A stretch of DNA of 64,000 bases from Nannocystales bacterium. Its GTDB lineage: Bacteria; Myxococcota_A; Polyangia; Nannocystales; Nannocystaceae. Each line of letters starts with the position of its first letter. The stretch's first letter is position 1. Made by a program: the position numbers and the translations under genes. The stretch covers positions 544,001 through 608,000 of the forward strand of contig JBOEGF010000010.1 in assembly GCA_050633305.1 (NCBI GenBank). Direction: 5' to 3'. Below are positions 9,395-17,957 of this stretch, piece after piece. The notes beneath the pieces were generated by a model. It saw nothing but the letters and a program-made list of their open reading frames with translations, was not told where the DNA came from and did no database searches.

Positions 9395-11032
9395 TCAGTA
9401 GGCGTCGGCCTTGTAGTCACCGCACTCGACCAAACGCTCGAACCACGTCTGGGGATCGGAGATCTGACCGTGCCGGCACGCAATCGTCCGCAGCGCTTCG
9501 GCGACACCGGGCTCCATCCCAAGACCATCACCGCAGACATAAATCTGCGCGCCCCGTTGTAGCCAGCTCCAGACCGCGGACCCACGCTCGAGGAGCCGAT
9601 GTTGCACGTAGATCTTCTTCGACTGCATGCGTGACCATGCGAGGTCGAGCCGGCTGAGGACGCCGCTCTCGTGCCACCGCATGATGTCTTCTTGGTAGAG
9701 GAAGTCGGTCGAAAACCGTTGGTGTCCGAAGAACAGCCACGTCAGGCGGGCCTGCTGCGATGTTCGGAGCTGTTCGATGTCTTCCAGGTACGCCCGAAAA
9801 GGAGCGATGCCGGTACCGGGACCGACCATGATCAGCGGTCGATCCGAGTCATCGAACCGGAACGCCGGGTTGGGGACCAGATGCATGTCGACCCTCCCTC
9901 CCCTCTCGACGCGGTGGGCCAAGAAGTTGCTGGCCACGCCTTGGATGACACGACCGCGACGCTGATACCGCAGTGTTTCGACGACGAGTGACACCGTCTT
10001 TGGCGACTTCGCGGGAGACGATGCGACCGAGTATAGACGCGGCGCGAGTCGTCGCAGGTAGGGCACGACGGCGTCACCTGAGATCCCCTGCGGGGCATTG
10101 TCTCGAAGAACATCGAGGACATCCCGTTCTTCCCGGTAGCGACGGACGGCGTCGGGTCCGTCTTGGAGTGCGACGCCTGCCGGTCGTTCTGCGCCGCGGT
10201 GAAGCTTCGTCACGGACCGGAGCAGGTCGGTCTCGACGTGCGCGAGACAACTCCTGCTCAAGACATCGCTCAGCGCCCGGGTCTCGCCGCGCCAGGTGAC
10301 AGACGTGGCCGCGTCTTGTTGCATGACGGAGAGCATCGTCTCGACGAGCTTCGGGCAGTTCGTAGGATGCACCGCGAAGCAGTCGCCGACCTGGTAGGGG
10401 GTCGGGGCGTGCGAAACATCGAACTCGTAGTGCATGGTCCACTTGTTGGAACCGAGGCCAGAGAGCTTTCGTTTGTGGAGAAGAGTGGCCTCGAACAAGC
10501 GGGGCGGGCTCGAGAGGTGTTCTGAGTGTCCGCGGGGGGCCGTGGTATCACTGGGCGGGCTCCGGGAGGCATTGCTGCGCGCCATGTATCGCTCAACAGC
10601 CGAGACCGTGGCGCGCTCGAACCCTTCGAACGCATCGTCGAAGTCGACGTCGCAGTCCACCCGCTGCGTGAGCGGGGACGCCCCGGCACGGATGAGTGCC
10701 GACTCGAAATCCTGCCCGCACTTGGCGAAGTGGTGAAACGTCTCGTCGCCGAGGCCGCAGACGGCGAACCGGAGCTTGGGAAGCCGGAGTTCGTCGCGCT
10801 GTAGAAATGCGAGCATTCGACGCGCGTTGCTCGGCGGGTCGCCGTTGCCGTAGGTGCTCGTCACAAAGGCGACGAAGGACAGGCGTTCGACCCAGACCGG
10901 GTCGAACTCATCCATGTCGATGGATCGCGCGTCGAGTCCCCGGCTCTTGAGGGAACGGGCGAGACGCTCGGCGCAGTATTCCGCGTTGCCGGACTCGGTG
11001 CCATACAGAACTGGAATGGATGGGATGTTCAC
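9395..11032 (-). CDS. Diflavin oxidoreductase (flavodoxin + FAD/NADPH-binding; sulfite reductase flavoprotein CysJ-like)
   Basis: VLYGTESGNAE, TSTYGNGDPP, GLGDETF, RVDCD, RLYSVASS, GVASNFL, MVGPGTGIAPFR, LFFG, IYVCG and terminal ADAY. GTG start inferred at 11032. Confidence 0.9.
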   Translation of the reverse strand: MNIPSIPVLYGTESGNAEYCAERLARSLKSRGLDARSIDMDEFDPVWVERLSFVAFVTSTYGNGDPPSNARRMLAFLQRDELRLPKLRFAVCGLGDETFHHFAKCGQDFESALIRAGASPLTQRVDCDVDFDDAFEGFERATVSAVERYMARSNASRSPPSDTTAPRGHSEHLSSPPRLFEATLLHKRKLSGLGSNKWTMHYEFDVSHAPTPYQVGDCFAVHPTNCPKLVETMLSVMQQDAATSVTWRGETRALSDVLSRSCLAHVETDLLRSVTKLHRGAERPAGVALQDGPDAVRRYREERDVLDVLRDNAPQGISGDAVVPYLRRLAPRLYSVASSPAKSPKTVSLVVETLRYQRRGRVIQGVASNFLAHRVERGGRVDMHLVPNPAFRFDDSDRPLIMVGPGTGIAPFRAYLEDIEQLRTSQQARLTWLFFGHQRFSTDFLYQEDIMRWHESGVLSRLDLAWSRMQSKKIYVQHRLLERGSAVWSWLQRGAQIYVCGDGLGMEPGVAEALRTIACRHGQISDPQTWFERLVECGDYKADAY

Positions 11033-11082
11033 AGCAGACCGTTTCGCGAGCTGATCCTTGGGCGAATGAGCTGGCCGGCGCC

Positions 11083-11460
11083 TCACTCCGCGACGAGCTG
11101 CGTCGGCCCATGTCCAAGGGCATCTCGGTAGCCTTCGACGAAGCCGTCTCGATAGACGTCGAGCATCAGCGCGCCGATCGACATCCCGTGCTCTACGGCC
11201 TGCCAGATCGAGTGCGTGCTGCTCCCCCATCGAAGACAGTCGCCAATGGCAATATCCACATCGTCGAGCCCGACAGGCGCCGCTTGGTCGTTGTGAGCAA
11301 GCCGCCTCCCGACCAGTTGTCGAACATCGTCTTCCGTCGCACCGTCGACGCTCGAGAGCGCGACTCGGACCTCCAGCTGCCGGCAGGCGATCCGTGAGTC
11401 GCCTGCCGCGGTTGCTTCCGTGGCCCGCGGTTTCGTTCGTGTGCCCATCGACATATTCAT
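11083..11460 (-). CDS. Hypothetical protein
   Basis: Fills the gap between Fur-like box 2 and the CysJ-like gene on the same strand; protein-like composition; no motif recognised. Confidence 0.5.
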   Translation of the reverse strand: MNMSMGTRTKPRATEATAAGDSRIACRQLEVRVALSSVDGATEDDVRQLVGRRLAHNDQAAPVGLDDVDIAIGDCLRWGSSTHSIWQAVEHGMSIGALMLDVYRDGFVEGYRDALGHGPTQLVAE

Positions 11461-11485
11461 ACGATAGTGATAATCGTTTTCAAAT
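11461..11485. promoter_or_regulatory. Fur-box-like operator 2
   Basis: GATAGTGATAATCGTTTTC (11463-11481) matches the Fur consensus at 16/19 positions; lies between divergent genes. Confidence 0.75.
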
Positions 11486-11637
11486 TAAAGATGACGAAGC
11501 GAGGAGATGCAAATCACGGCTCACCGGCCGTCACCCGTGGATCGCTGGGCACCCGCGGGGTTGGTCGCGGCGACGACCAGCCCGTTGACCTCGAGGTCGG
11601 AGTTCCCTTTCCGTCAGAGGTGAGGCTCCACAGCCCG

Positions 11638-11835
11638 GTGCGCGCTCTTCTCTTGCTCACGCTCGCTGCCGGGTGTGCAACGGTGCCGCCCCACGCTCGG
11701 GGTCGGCTCGCGCAACCCGACATGACTCTGGACGCGGACCCCGACCTTCTCGCAGGCCAAGAACACGCCGACGAGTACCGGGAGGGCGCGGCCGGTGGGT
11801 TCGGTGCCGCTGGGGGAGGGTGCGGATGCAACTGA
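11638..11835 (+). CDS. DUF4266 family small lipoprotein
   Basis: LAAGC lipobox; V.P..RGRLA.PDM; C-terminal YREGAAGGFGAAGGGCGCN signature of DUF4266. Confidence 0.88.
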   Translation: MRALLLLTLAAGCATVPPHARGRLAQPDMTLDADPDLLAGQEHADEYREGAAGGFGAAGGGCGCN

Positions 11836-12968
11836 TGCGGTCGCTGAGTGCGCTGGCGGCTGCGATAGGCTTGTCCGCCGTTGCATGCTGTGGAGGTGGT
11901 GAGGGGCTCGAGATCGCGGCTCCTTCGCCACCGAATGCAGGTGGCACATCACAGGGAGGTGCCGTTGGTTCCGACGACACAGGCTCGGGCGCGCAGGGGC
12001 CGGGCCTGGGAGACGGCTCGTCGTCGAGCGGGGGGGCAGGAGCAACCGGAGCGGATGCAGGGACGGCGAGCGGACGGACCCTTGTGCCGTTGAGCGCGAC
12101 GTGGCGGGTCAGTGCTGTCGCGGAGGCGGGATGGGAAACCCCAGGCTTCGATGACAGTGGTTGGGAGCGCGTGGTTGCACCGCTGGGCCGCGGGTACGAT
12201 GGCGTGACGCCGTGGGATGGGGCAGGGCCACTGTTCGCGCGTGCGTCATTTCATGCCGCGTTCGCAGCCGATGAGGCGCTCGAGCTTCGGGTGCAGCGAG
12301 ACGACGGAGCCCGTGCATACCTCGATGGTCACCTCGTCGGTACGTGGAACGTCGTGAACGGGGTGGCCGAAGACGAAGTCACAGGACAGGATGGATACAC
12401 GTTCTTTGTCGCGCAACCGCGCGTGCCCGCCTCCGAGGCGTCGACCCACGTGCTCGCGGTTGAGGTGACCCAGCGGACCGATCCCGATCTCGCATTTGCC
12501 GCTCGGTTGAGGCGGCTCGAGGCCGGCGGGCGTGTCGACGTTCTTGTCCAGCTGCGCACCCGGTCGCGTGGTGGTCGATACGCCCCGGACAACGCTGGGG
12601 CCGTCTGGGTGGAGTCGCCGGACGGGACATTCATCCGCAGTTTGGCAGTCTGGGCGGGGACACGACGAGAGCACCTCCTGCAATGGAACGCTGCGGCCGG
12701 CGGCGATGACGTCGACGCGGTCACCTCCGCGACGTCGGGTTCGCACCAGAGCCGATTGCTCAGTTGGGACCTCACCGATCATGCCGGGACCGCGATGCCT
12801 CCAGGCCGCTACGTTCTGCGCGCCGAGTTCACCGAGGACAACTCGAACGAGGGGGAGCCCGCGGGTCCGAGCCTCGCTCTACCGTTTGCGACAGACGAGG
12901 TCTGTGGCGTGGCGAGCGCGACCGAGACGTATTTCGCCGATGTCAGCGTGGCTATTCCGTGCGGCTGA
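11835..12968 (+). CDS. Lipoprotein with beta-sandwich domain and C-terminal DUF2271 domain (putative FMNylation site)
   Basis: TGATG coupling to DUF4266; YAPDNAGAVWVES.DG.FIRSL..W, DAVTSAT and WDLTD..G...PPGRY are typical of DUF2271. Confidence 0.8.
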   Translation: MRSLSALAAAIGLSAVACCGGGEGLEIAAPSPPNAGGTSQGGAVGSDDTGSGAQGPGLGDGSSSSGGAGATGADAGTASGRTLVPLSATWRVSAVAEAGWETPGFDDSGWERVVAPLGRGYDGVTPWDGAGPLFARASFHAAFAADEALELRVQRDDGARAYLDGHLVGTWNVVNGVAEDEVTGQDGYTFFVAQPRVPASEASTHVLAVEVTQRTDPDLAFAARLRRLEAGGRVDVLVQLRTRSRGGRYAPDNAGAVWVESPDGTFIRSLAVWAGTRREHLLQWNAAAGGDDVDAVTSATSGSHQSRLLSWDLTDHAGTAMPPGRYVLRAEFTEDNSNEGEPAGPSLALPFATDEVCGVASATETYFADVSVAIPCG

Positions 12969-13640
12969 GCGTCGTGTCCACGCGAACAGAAGCAGAAGCA
13001 GGAGACTCAGCCATGACGGGGAGCCGCCGGTACGGCATCCTCCGCCTTCCTTCGAGTCGCCGTCGACAGAAAGCTCGTGTTGGCCCACGAGGTCTCCGGC
13101 GGGGTCGTCGGAGTCGTCGCTCGCGACGGCGCCGAGGTGGAAGGACACCGCGCCAGCCGCTTCGAGCGGCGCGGTCCACTGCAGTCGGAGCTGCGACGCC
13201 CCACACGCTGGCATGCCAACGATCTGGCGTCCGTCTTCGGTCTCGAACATCGCGGCCGCGACCGATCCGCTGGCACAGCGGTCCCCGGGCTCGACTGCAT
13301 CGGCGGGCGGAAGGACGACCGTACCGACCGGGTCTCCGTCTTTGTCGACCCACTCGCCGACGACGGACACGGCGCGCGACGTTTGTGGCCAGCGCGCAAC
13401 GATGGTGTACGTCAACCCGGCTTCATACCGCTCCGGCAGGCCTTCGAACCGCAGCTGCAGATCGCCGACAGGCTCGTGGCAACTGTCGCAGCCGATCGCG
13501 TCGTGATGAGAGCCCGTAAAGAATCGGCCTCCACCCCCGCCCTCGGTCACCGGTTGTGGATAGGCCGCCGGGGTTGAGAAACCGGCACCCACGAACAGCC
13601 CGAAGCCGAGTACGGCTAGCAGTCGTCGGGTCCGTAGCAC
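12879..13640 (-). CDS. Secreted CxxCH-containing Reeler-like (choice-of-anchor V-like) protein with MYXO-CTERM
   Basis: Signal peptide; GCDSCH; GLPERYEAGLTYTI and LQWTAP Reeler-type strands; GGGCRTGGSPSWLSLLLLLLFAWTRR sorting signal. GTG start inferred. Confidence 0.7.
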   Translation of the reverse strand: MLRTRRLLAVLGFGLFVGAGFSTPAAYPQPVTEGGGGGRFFTGSHHDAIGCDSCHEPVGDLQLRFEGLPERYEAGLTYTIVARWPQTSRAVSVVGEWVDKDGDPVGTVVLPPADAVEPGDRCASGSVAAAMFETEDGRQIVGMPACGASQLRLQWTAPLEAAGAVSFHLGAVASDDSDDPAGDLVGQHELSVDGDSKEGGGCRTGGSPSWLSLLLLLLFAWTRRSAARNSHADIGEIRLGRARHATDLVCRKR

Positions 13641-14092
13641 AAGTCTCCGTTGGCCCAGTCGAGCAGGACTCGATAGCTCGGGTCGTCGCGGGTTTGGTAG
13701 ATCGCGCCGCCGTATGCATCGAGGCCCTGATGCCCGGCGCCGGGTAGCGGCTTGGTCAGGAGGAGCGAGTTCCGCACGTCTCCCGAAGTCGTGAGCATGG
13801 AACGGGTGCGTTGATAGCTGAACCACAGCTCGTCGTCGGTCACCGGGTCGAAGCGCTCCGTTTGCGGGTCACCCTGCATCGGAGCGCGGAGTCGGCCCGG
13901 GCCATAGACTCGAAAGGGGCGCTCCGGGACGCCGTGGCAGGTGAGCATGCCGCAGTCACGAAGCAGGACGGGGTAGGCATCGCGGACGAATGCGTCGTAG
14001 TCGGGCGCCGGCGTTTCGACGGGCTCTGCCTCGTCGCACCCGATCCACATCACGGCTGCGACGGCGAATCGTGCAAGGGCCCGACGAGTCAT
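13616..14092 (-). CDS. Lipoprotein with atypical CX4CH motif (cytochrome c-like)
   Basis: VMWIGC lipobox; FVRDAYPVLLRDCGMLTCHG; SLLLTKP...GHQG...YRVLLDW resembling planctomycete/myxobacterial cytochrome c domains. Confidence 0.7.
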   Translation of the reverse strand: MTRRALARFAVAAVMWIGCDEAEPVETPAPDYDAFVRDAYPVLLRDCGMLTCHGVPERPFRVYGPGRLRAPMQGDPQTERFDPVTDDELWFSYQRTRSMLTTSGDVRNSLLLTKPLPGAGHQGLDAYGGAIYQTRDDPSYRVLLDWANGDLCYGPDDC

Positions 14093-14105
14093 CGTGGTTA
14101 TCTTA

Positions 14106-14130
14106 TATCGAACTTGATTTTCCATTTCAA
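14106..14130. promoter_or_regulatory. Fur-box-like operator 3
   Basis: Minus strand reads TTGAAATGGAAAATCAAGTTCGATA; occupies the ~55 bp gap between divergent genes; aligns with operators 1, 2 and 4. Confidence 0.55.
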
Positions 14131-14148
14131 TATGGTCTACGCAGGGGC

Positions 14149-15234
14149 GTGCGCTTGGTGCTGGCATGGTTTGCGCTGTCGTTCGCGGCGGCAGAGCCCG
14201 AGACCGACGCGGTCGAGACCGCGGCCTTAGTCTACGTTCGCACCGACAGCGATCACACGACCGTCGTGTCGCCGCGGACCCGCGTGCGGGTGCCGGTGGG
14301 CGGAGAACGCAACCACGTTGACCTCGTCTACGCGGTGGACGTGTGGACGAGCGCCTCAGTCGACATCCGGACCGCGGCCACCGGCCGGGTCCGAGAGCAG
14401 CGCGATGAACTCGTCGCTGGGGGCGACCGTACGTTTGCGTGGGGGACAGCGGGGCTGAGCTATCGCTTCTCCCACGAGCCGGACTACGTCTCCAATGCCG
14501 GGTCCGCCTTTGTGAAAGTCGAGGCACGGCAGAAGACCATCACCGTGGACGGTCGAATCAGCGGCGGTCACGATGTCGTAGGTCGCTCGGGAGATGAGCA
14601 GTTTGGGGAACGCATCGTGCACGGAAGCGCCTACGGTGGGTACACGCACATCCTAGGCCGCAACACGCTCGCCCAGGTGAGCGTCGAGGGTCGAGTACAG
14701 CACGGCTTTCTCTCGAGCCCGTATCGCTGGGTCTCCCTGGGACGGTCGGCCCTGTGCGCGGACAGCTTTGGGTTGTGCATTCCGGAGGTTCACCCTGGCC
14801 AGCGGCTTCGGCTCGCATCTGTAGCGCGGCTGCGGAGGGCATTTGGGCCGCGGTGGTCCTCAGGAGCCGCGTACCGGTTCTACGCAGACTCTTGGGGCGT
14901 GCTGGGGCATACGGGGAGGCTCGACGTTCGAGTCGTAGCGCATTCCAATCTCATGCTGGGGCTCGAGGCCCGGATACATGGGCAGAGCGGCGCTCGCTTC
15001 TACCGTCCCATCTACGGAGAGTCGGGGGCATTTTTCACCCGCGACCGCGAGCTGTCCACGATGTGGAATGCTCGGGGCGGCGCATCAGCCGAGGCGACGA
15101 TCCCGATTCTCGGCGCGACGGACCTTCGAGTCGGAGCGCTGTTGGGCGGCGGGATGTATCGGTATCCTGACTTTGTTGGTCTCGACACGGTGGGGGTGCT
15201 CGAGGCGACGGTCTCGTTGGGAGTCAGCCTGTGA
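14149..15234 (+). CDS. DUF3570 family outer-membrane beta-barrel protein
   Basis: YVRTDSDHTTVVSP, VDVWTSASVD, SHEPDYVS, GFLSSPYR, YRFYADSWGV and TRDRELS are characteristic of DUF3570; co-located with DUF4266 and TlpA. Confidence 0.85.
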   Translation: MRLVLAWFALSFAAAEPETDAVETAALVYVRTDSDHTTVVSPRTRVRVPVGGERNHVDLVYAVDVWTSASVDIRTAATGRVREQRDELVAGGDRTFAWGTAGLSYRFSHEPDYVSNAGSAFVKVEARQKTITVDGRISGGHDVVGRSGDEQFGERIVHGSAYGGYTHILGRNTLAQVSVEGRVQHGFLSSPYRWVSLGRSALCADSFGLCIPEVHPGQRLRLASVARLRRAFGPRWSSGAAYRFYADSWGVLGHTGRLDVRVVAHSNLMLGLEARIHGQSGARFYRPIYGESGAFFTRDRELSTMWNARGGASAEATIPILGATDLRVGALLGGGMYRYPDFVGLDTVGVLEATVSLGVSL

Positions 15235-16400
15235 GCGTGTCGCTGCTCTGGGTCGCCCTCGCGGCCGCGCCACCGCCCGAGCCTCCGGTTTCAGTCCGGG
15301 TGGATGCGGGCGCCGGAGTCGAATTCCATCGGTTGCGACCGGGACCGTGGCGGGTTCCTCCTGCGGGCGTGGGTGCGTTCGCCCTGGAGCCCCGAGTTGC
15401 GGTCGGGCGCTGGCACCTCGGCGCGCCCCTGTTGTACCGATCGACCGTTCGCGCGACGCTGCTCGAGGATGCGCCCGGCGGAGATCGCCCGGTCCGCATC
15501 GACACCTTCGAGGGGGCCCTGAGAGCGGAGCGGCTCTGGAGGCGGGGACCCTGGACGCTCGAGTTTGGCGCCTCCGCCTGGGGAGGGCGGTGGCGCCTCG
15601 CTGCGGTCCGTCCTGGAAGACTGCCTGATTCGACGACAGGAATGCTCCGCGTCGGCGTGCCGGTCCGGGTTCGTCGCGGACGGGTACAAGCGACGCTTGA
15701 CGGTGGTCTGGGTGCGCAACTCGAATCGCGGAGCGCCGGTCCGCTGTGGGGCGTGAGGGCAGATGTTCGGGTCCGTTTGTCGGGTCCGGTGGTGGCCGCG
15801 ATCCGTCTCTTTCACGATGGCTGGCTCGCGGACAGTTCGACGCGAACCAGCATCGCCGTGACCGCGGGTCTTGGTCTCGAGGTTCCCGGGCTTCAACCCC
15901 CCCGCGCCCCACGAGCCTCGAAGCCCTCGCCGGAACCCGCCACAGCGCCGGACCGCCCCGCGGCGCAACGGCGGCCCGCTGCCCCGGCTCTGAAAGGGCA
16001 GACGCTGGGTGGGGCTGCCGTCGACTTGACCGCACTCGAGGGCTCGGTCGTCGTCGTTGATTTCTGGGCGTCCTGGTGCGGCCCCTGTCGGGCTGCGATG
16101 CCCGAACTCGAGGTGCTCCATCAACGATGGTCCGAACGCAATGTTGTGGTCTTGGGCGTTTCGATGGACGAGGAGTCATCGGAGGCTCAGGCGTTCCTGC
16201 TCGAAGCAGGGGTCACCTTTGAGAGCCTTCACGACGGGTCGGGTTCTCTCGCGGAGGCATGGTCGCCGCCCAAGATGCCCACCACATTCGTGATCGATCG
16301 CTTTGGACGCGTGGCCTACATCCATGCGGGCGTGAAGGAGGGCGATGCTGCGCGGCTCGAGGCCGAAGTCGAGTCGTTGATGGCAGAGCAGGCGCCCTGA
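15231..16400 (+). CDS. TlpA-family disulfide reductase fused to an N-terminal beta-strand-rich domain
   Basis: VDFWASWCGPC, VLGVSMD and PTTFVIDR.G at the C-terminus; GTGA overlap with DUF3570. Confidence 0.85.
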   Translation: MSVSLLWVALAAAPPPEPPVSVRVDAGAGVEFHRLRPGPWRVPPAGVGAFALEPRVAVGRWHLGAPLLYRSTVRATLLEDAPGGDRPVRIDTFEGALRAERLWRRGPWTLEFGASAWGGRWRLAAVRPGRLPDSTTGMLRVGVPVRVRRGRVQATLDGGLGAQLESRSAGPLWGVRADVRVRLSGPVVAAIRLFHDGWLADSSTRTSIAVTAGLGLEVPGLQPPRAPRASKPSPEPATAPDRPAAQRRPAAPALKGQTLGGAAVDLTALEGSVVVVDFWASWCGPCRAAMPELEVLHQRWSERNVVVLGVSMDEESSEAQAFLLEAGVTFESLHDGSGSLAEAWSPPKMPTTFVIDRFGRVAYIHAGVKEGDAARLEAEVESLMAEQAP

Positions 16401-16436
16401 CGCGAAGGCGACCGATGCTTCTTGCATTGAGCCGCG

Positions 16437-17957
16437 TCAGAGCGAGTCGATGAACGCGTGAAGGTCGAGGCGGGCGGATTCGGGGAGCAAGAGATACGCA
16501 GCCCGCGAAGCCTCTGCCTCCCCGCCGTGCCAGACCACGGCCTCTGCCAGGGAGCGTGCGCGGCCGTCGTGAAGAAGACGTCGTCCCCCATGGACGGTGT
16601 GCAGTAGCCCGACGCTCCAAAGCGGTGCGGTCCGCCACTCTGCCGGGCTCGCGTCGCCCTCAGCGCCGCCTTGGCTGAGGTCGGGCCCCAGGTCGTGCAG
16701 CAGGAGGTCCGTGTACGGCCAGATCGTCTGCCCTTCGAGCTCGGGTTCGAGCGCCGGACCCGTCACAAAGGATGGCCGGTGGCACTGAGCGCATCCGACC
16801 TCGTGGAAGACCGTCTTTCCACGAAGGACGTCCTCCCGATCTCCACCTCGCCGCGCAGGGACGCCCAAGAGCCGAACGTACGCGGCCGTCACATCGAGCC
16901 GGACGGCGGGAAGCTCCGGTGAACCTCCCGTGGGTGCGGAGGCGCAACTCGACTGCGATCTCGGGCAGTTCTCGGTCGGATGAAGCTCCGTGGTGATGCC
17001 AAGGTCTCCTGCGAAGGCAGCCGCGACTTGGGCTCGAACGGTTGGCTGCGATGCTTTCCACCCAAAACGTCCGACGACGCCTCCGATGCGAGAGACTCGG
17101 CCCGTGACACCGTCCGCGTCCGCATCGTCGGGGTCAGCCCAGGCTTCGAGGGCCGCCTCGGGAACGGCTTCCAGCAACCCCATGCCCACCAGTTGCATGG
17201 AGACCCGCGGCGACACGAGCGTCGCGGAGTCCAGCGCCCCCAGGACCCCAGGCGTGATGTTGGGGCTGAGCGACTGTGGCTCGATGAAGCCCCCATCGAT
17301 CGCGACCGACCGTTCCCGGTGGACCGACCAGCTGACCTGTCCCTCGGACGGGACGCCCGCGATGCTTCGCGGCTGAAGTTGGCCCCCGAGTCTTGGATCC
17401 GGTGTTCCGTCGAGGCTGCTCAGCCTCAGGAGCACGGCAACGGACGACTCGTCGTCTAGGGGAGTCAGCCCGCGTCCGTTGCGAGTGTGGCACTCCAGAC
17501 ACGAGGCCGCGTTGAACGTGGGGCCCAGGCCGTCGAGTTCTGGTGTGGCGGGCGCGACCTCCCAATCAAGTCGAAAGAACTGCAGGCCGGCTTGGAACGC
17601 CGCGCGACGCTCGAGTCCTAGATTCGCGGCTTCCTGGACGAACGCGCCGATGCCTGCTTCGTCGACCGTCGTGTCCCCGCCGGGGCGAAGCTCGCCGGGC
17701 TCGAGCTCAGCGCGTGGCGGAATGTCGAGCCCTCCAGAGGACTCGCCGAGCTGGCCTGTGTCGTGCCCGGGCCCTTGGGTCGTCGTGGACCCGGAGGTTG
17801 CCAGGGAGGTTGCCGTGCTCGCATGGCTTCCCGTGCTCGTGCTGCCTCGACCAGGTTGCGGAGCAGCCGAGGGCGGACCGCCACACCCGGGCACCGTCGC
17901 CCAAGCCGCGACCCCTAATCGCCAGCAAAGACCAAGATCGGAGCGCTGTAGGCCCAC
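16437..17957 (-). CDS. Di-heme oxidoreductase family protein (DHOR/DUF1111)
   Basis: DGLGPTFNAASCLECH, GMGLLEAVP, DPDDADADGVTGR, GRFGWKA, GCAQCH, YTDLLLHDLG, EWRTAPLW and LLHDGRAR. Confidence 0.92.
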   Translation of the reverse strand: MGLQRSDLGLCWRLGVAAWATVPGCGGPPSAAPQPGRGSTSTGSHASTATSLATSGSTTTQGPGHDTGQLGESSGGLDIPPRAELEPGELRPGGDTTVDEAGIGAFVQEAANLGLERRAAFQAGLQFFRLDWEVAPATPELDGLGPTFNAASCLECHTRNGRGLTPLDDESSVAVLLRLSSLDGTPDPRLGGQLQPRSIAGVPSEGQVSWSVHRERSVAIDGGFIEPQSLSPNITPGVLGALDSATLVSPRVSMQLVGMGLLEAVPEAALEAWADPDDADADGVTGRVSRIGGVVGRFGWKASQPTVRAQVAAAFAGDLGITTELHPTENCPRSQSSCASAPTGGSPELPAVRLDVTAAYVRLLGVPARRGGDREDVLRGKTVFHEVGCAQCHRPSFVTGPALEPELEGQTIWPYTDLLLHDLGPDLSQGGAEGDASPAEWRTAPLWSVGLLHTVHGGRRLLHDGRARSLAEAVVWHGGEAEASRAAYLLLPESARLDLHAFIDSL

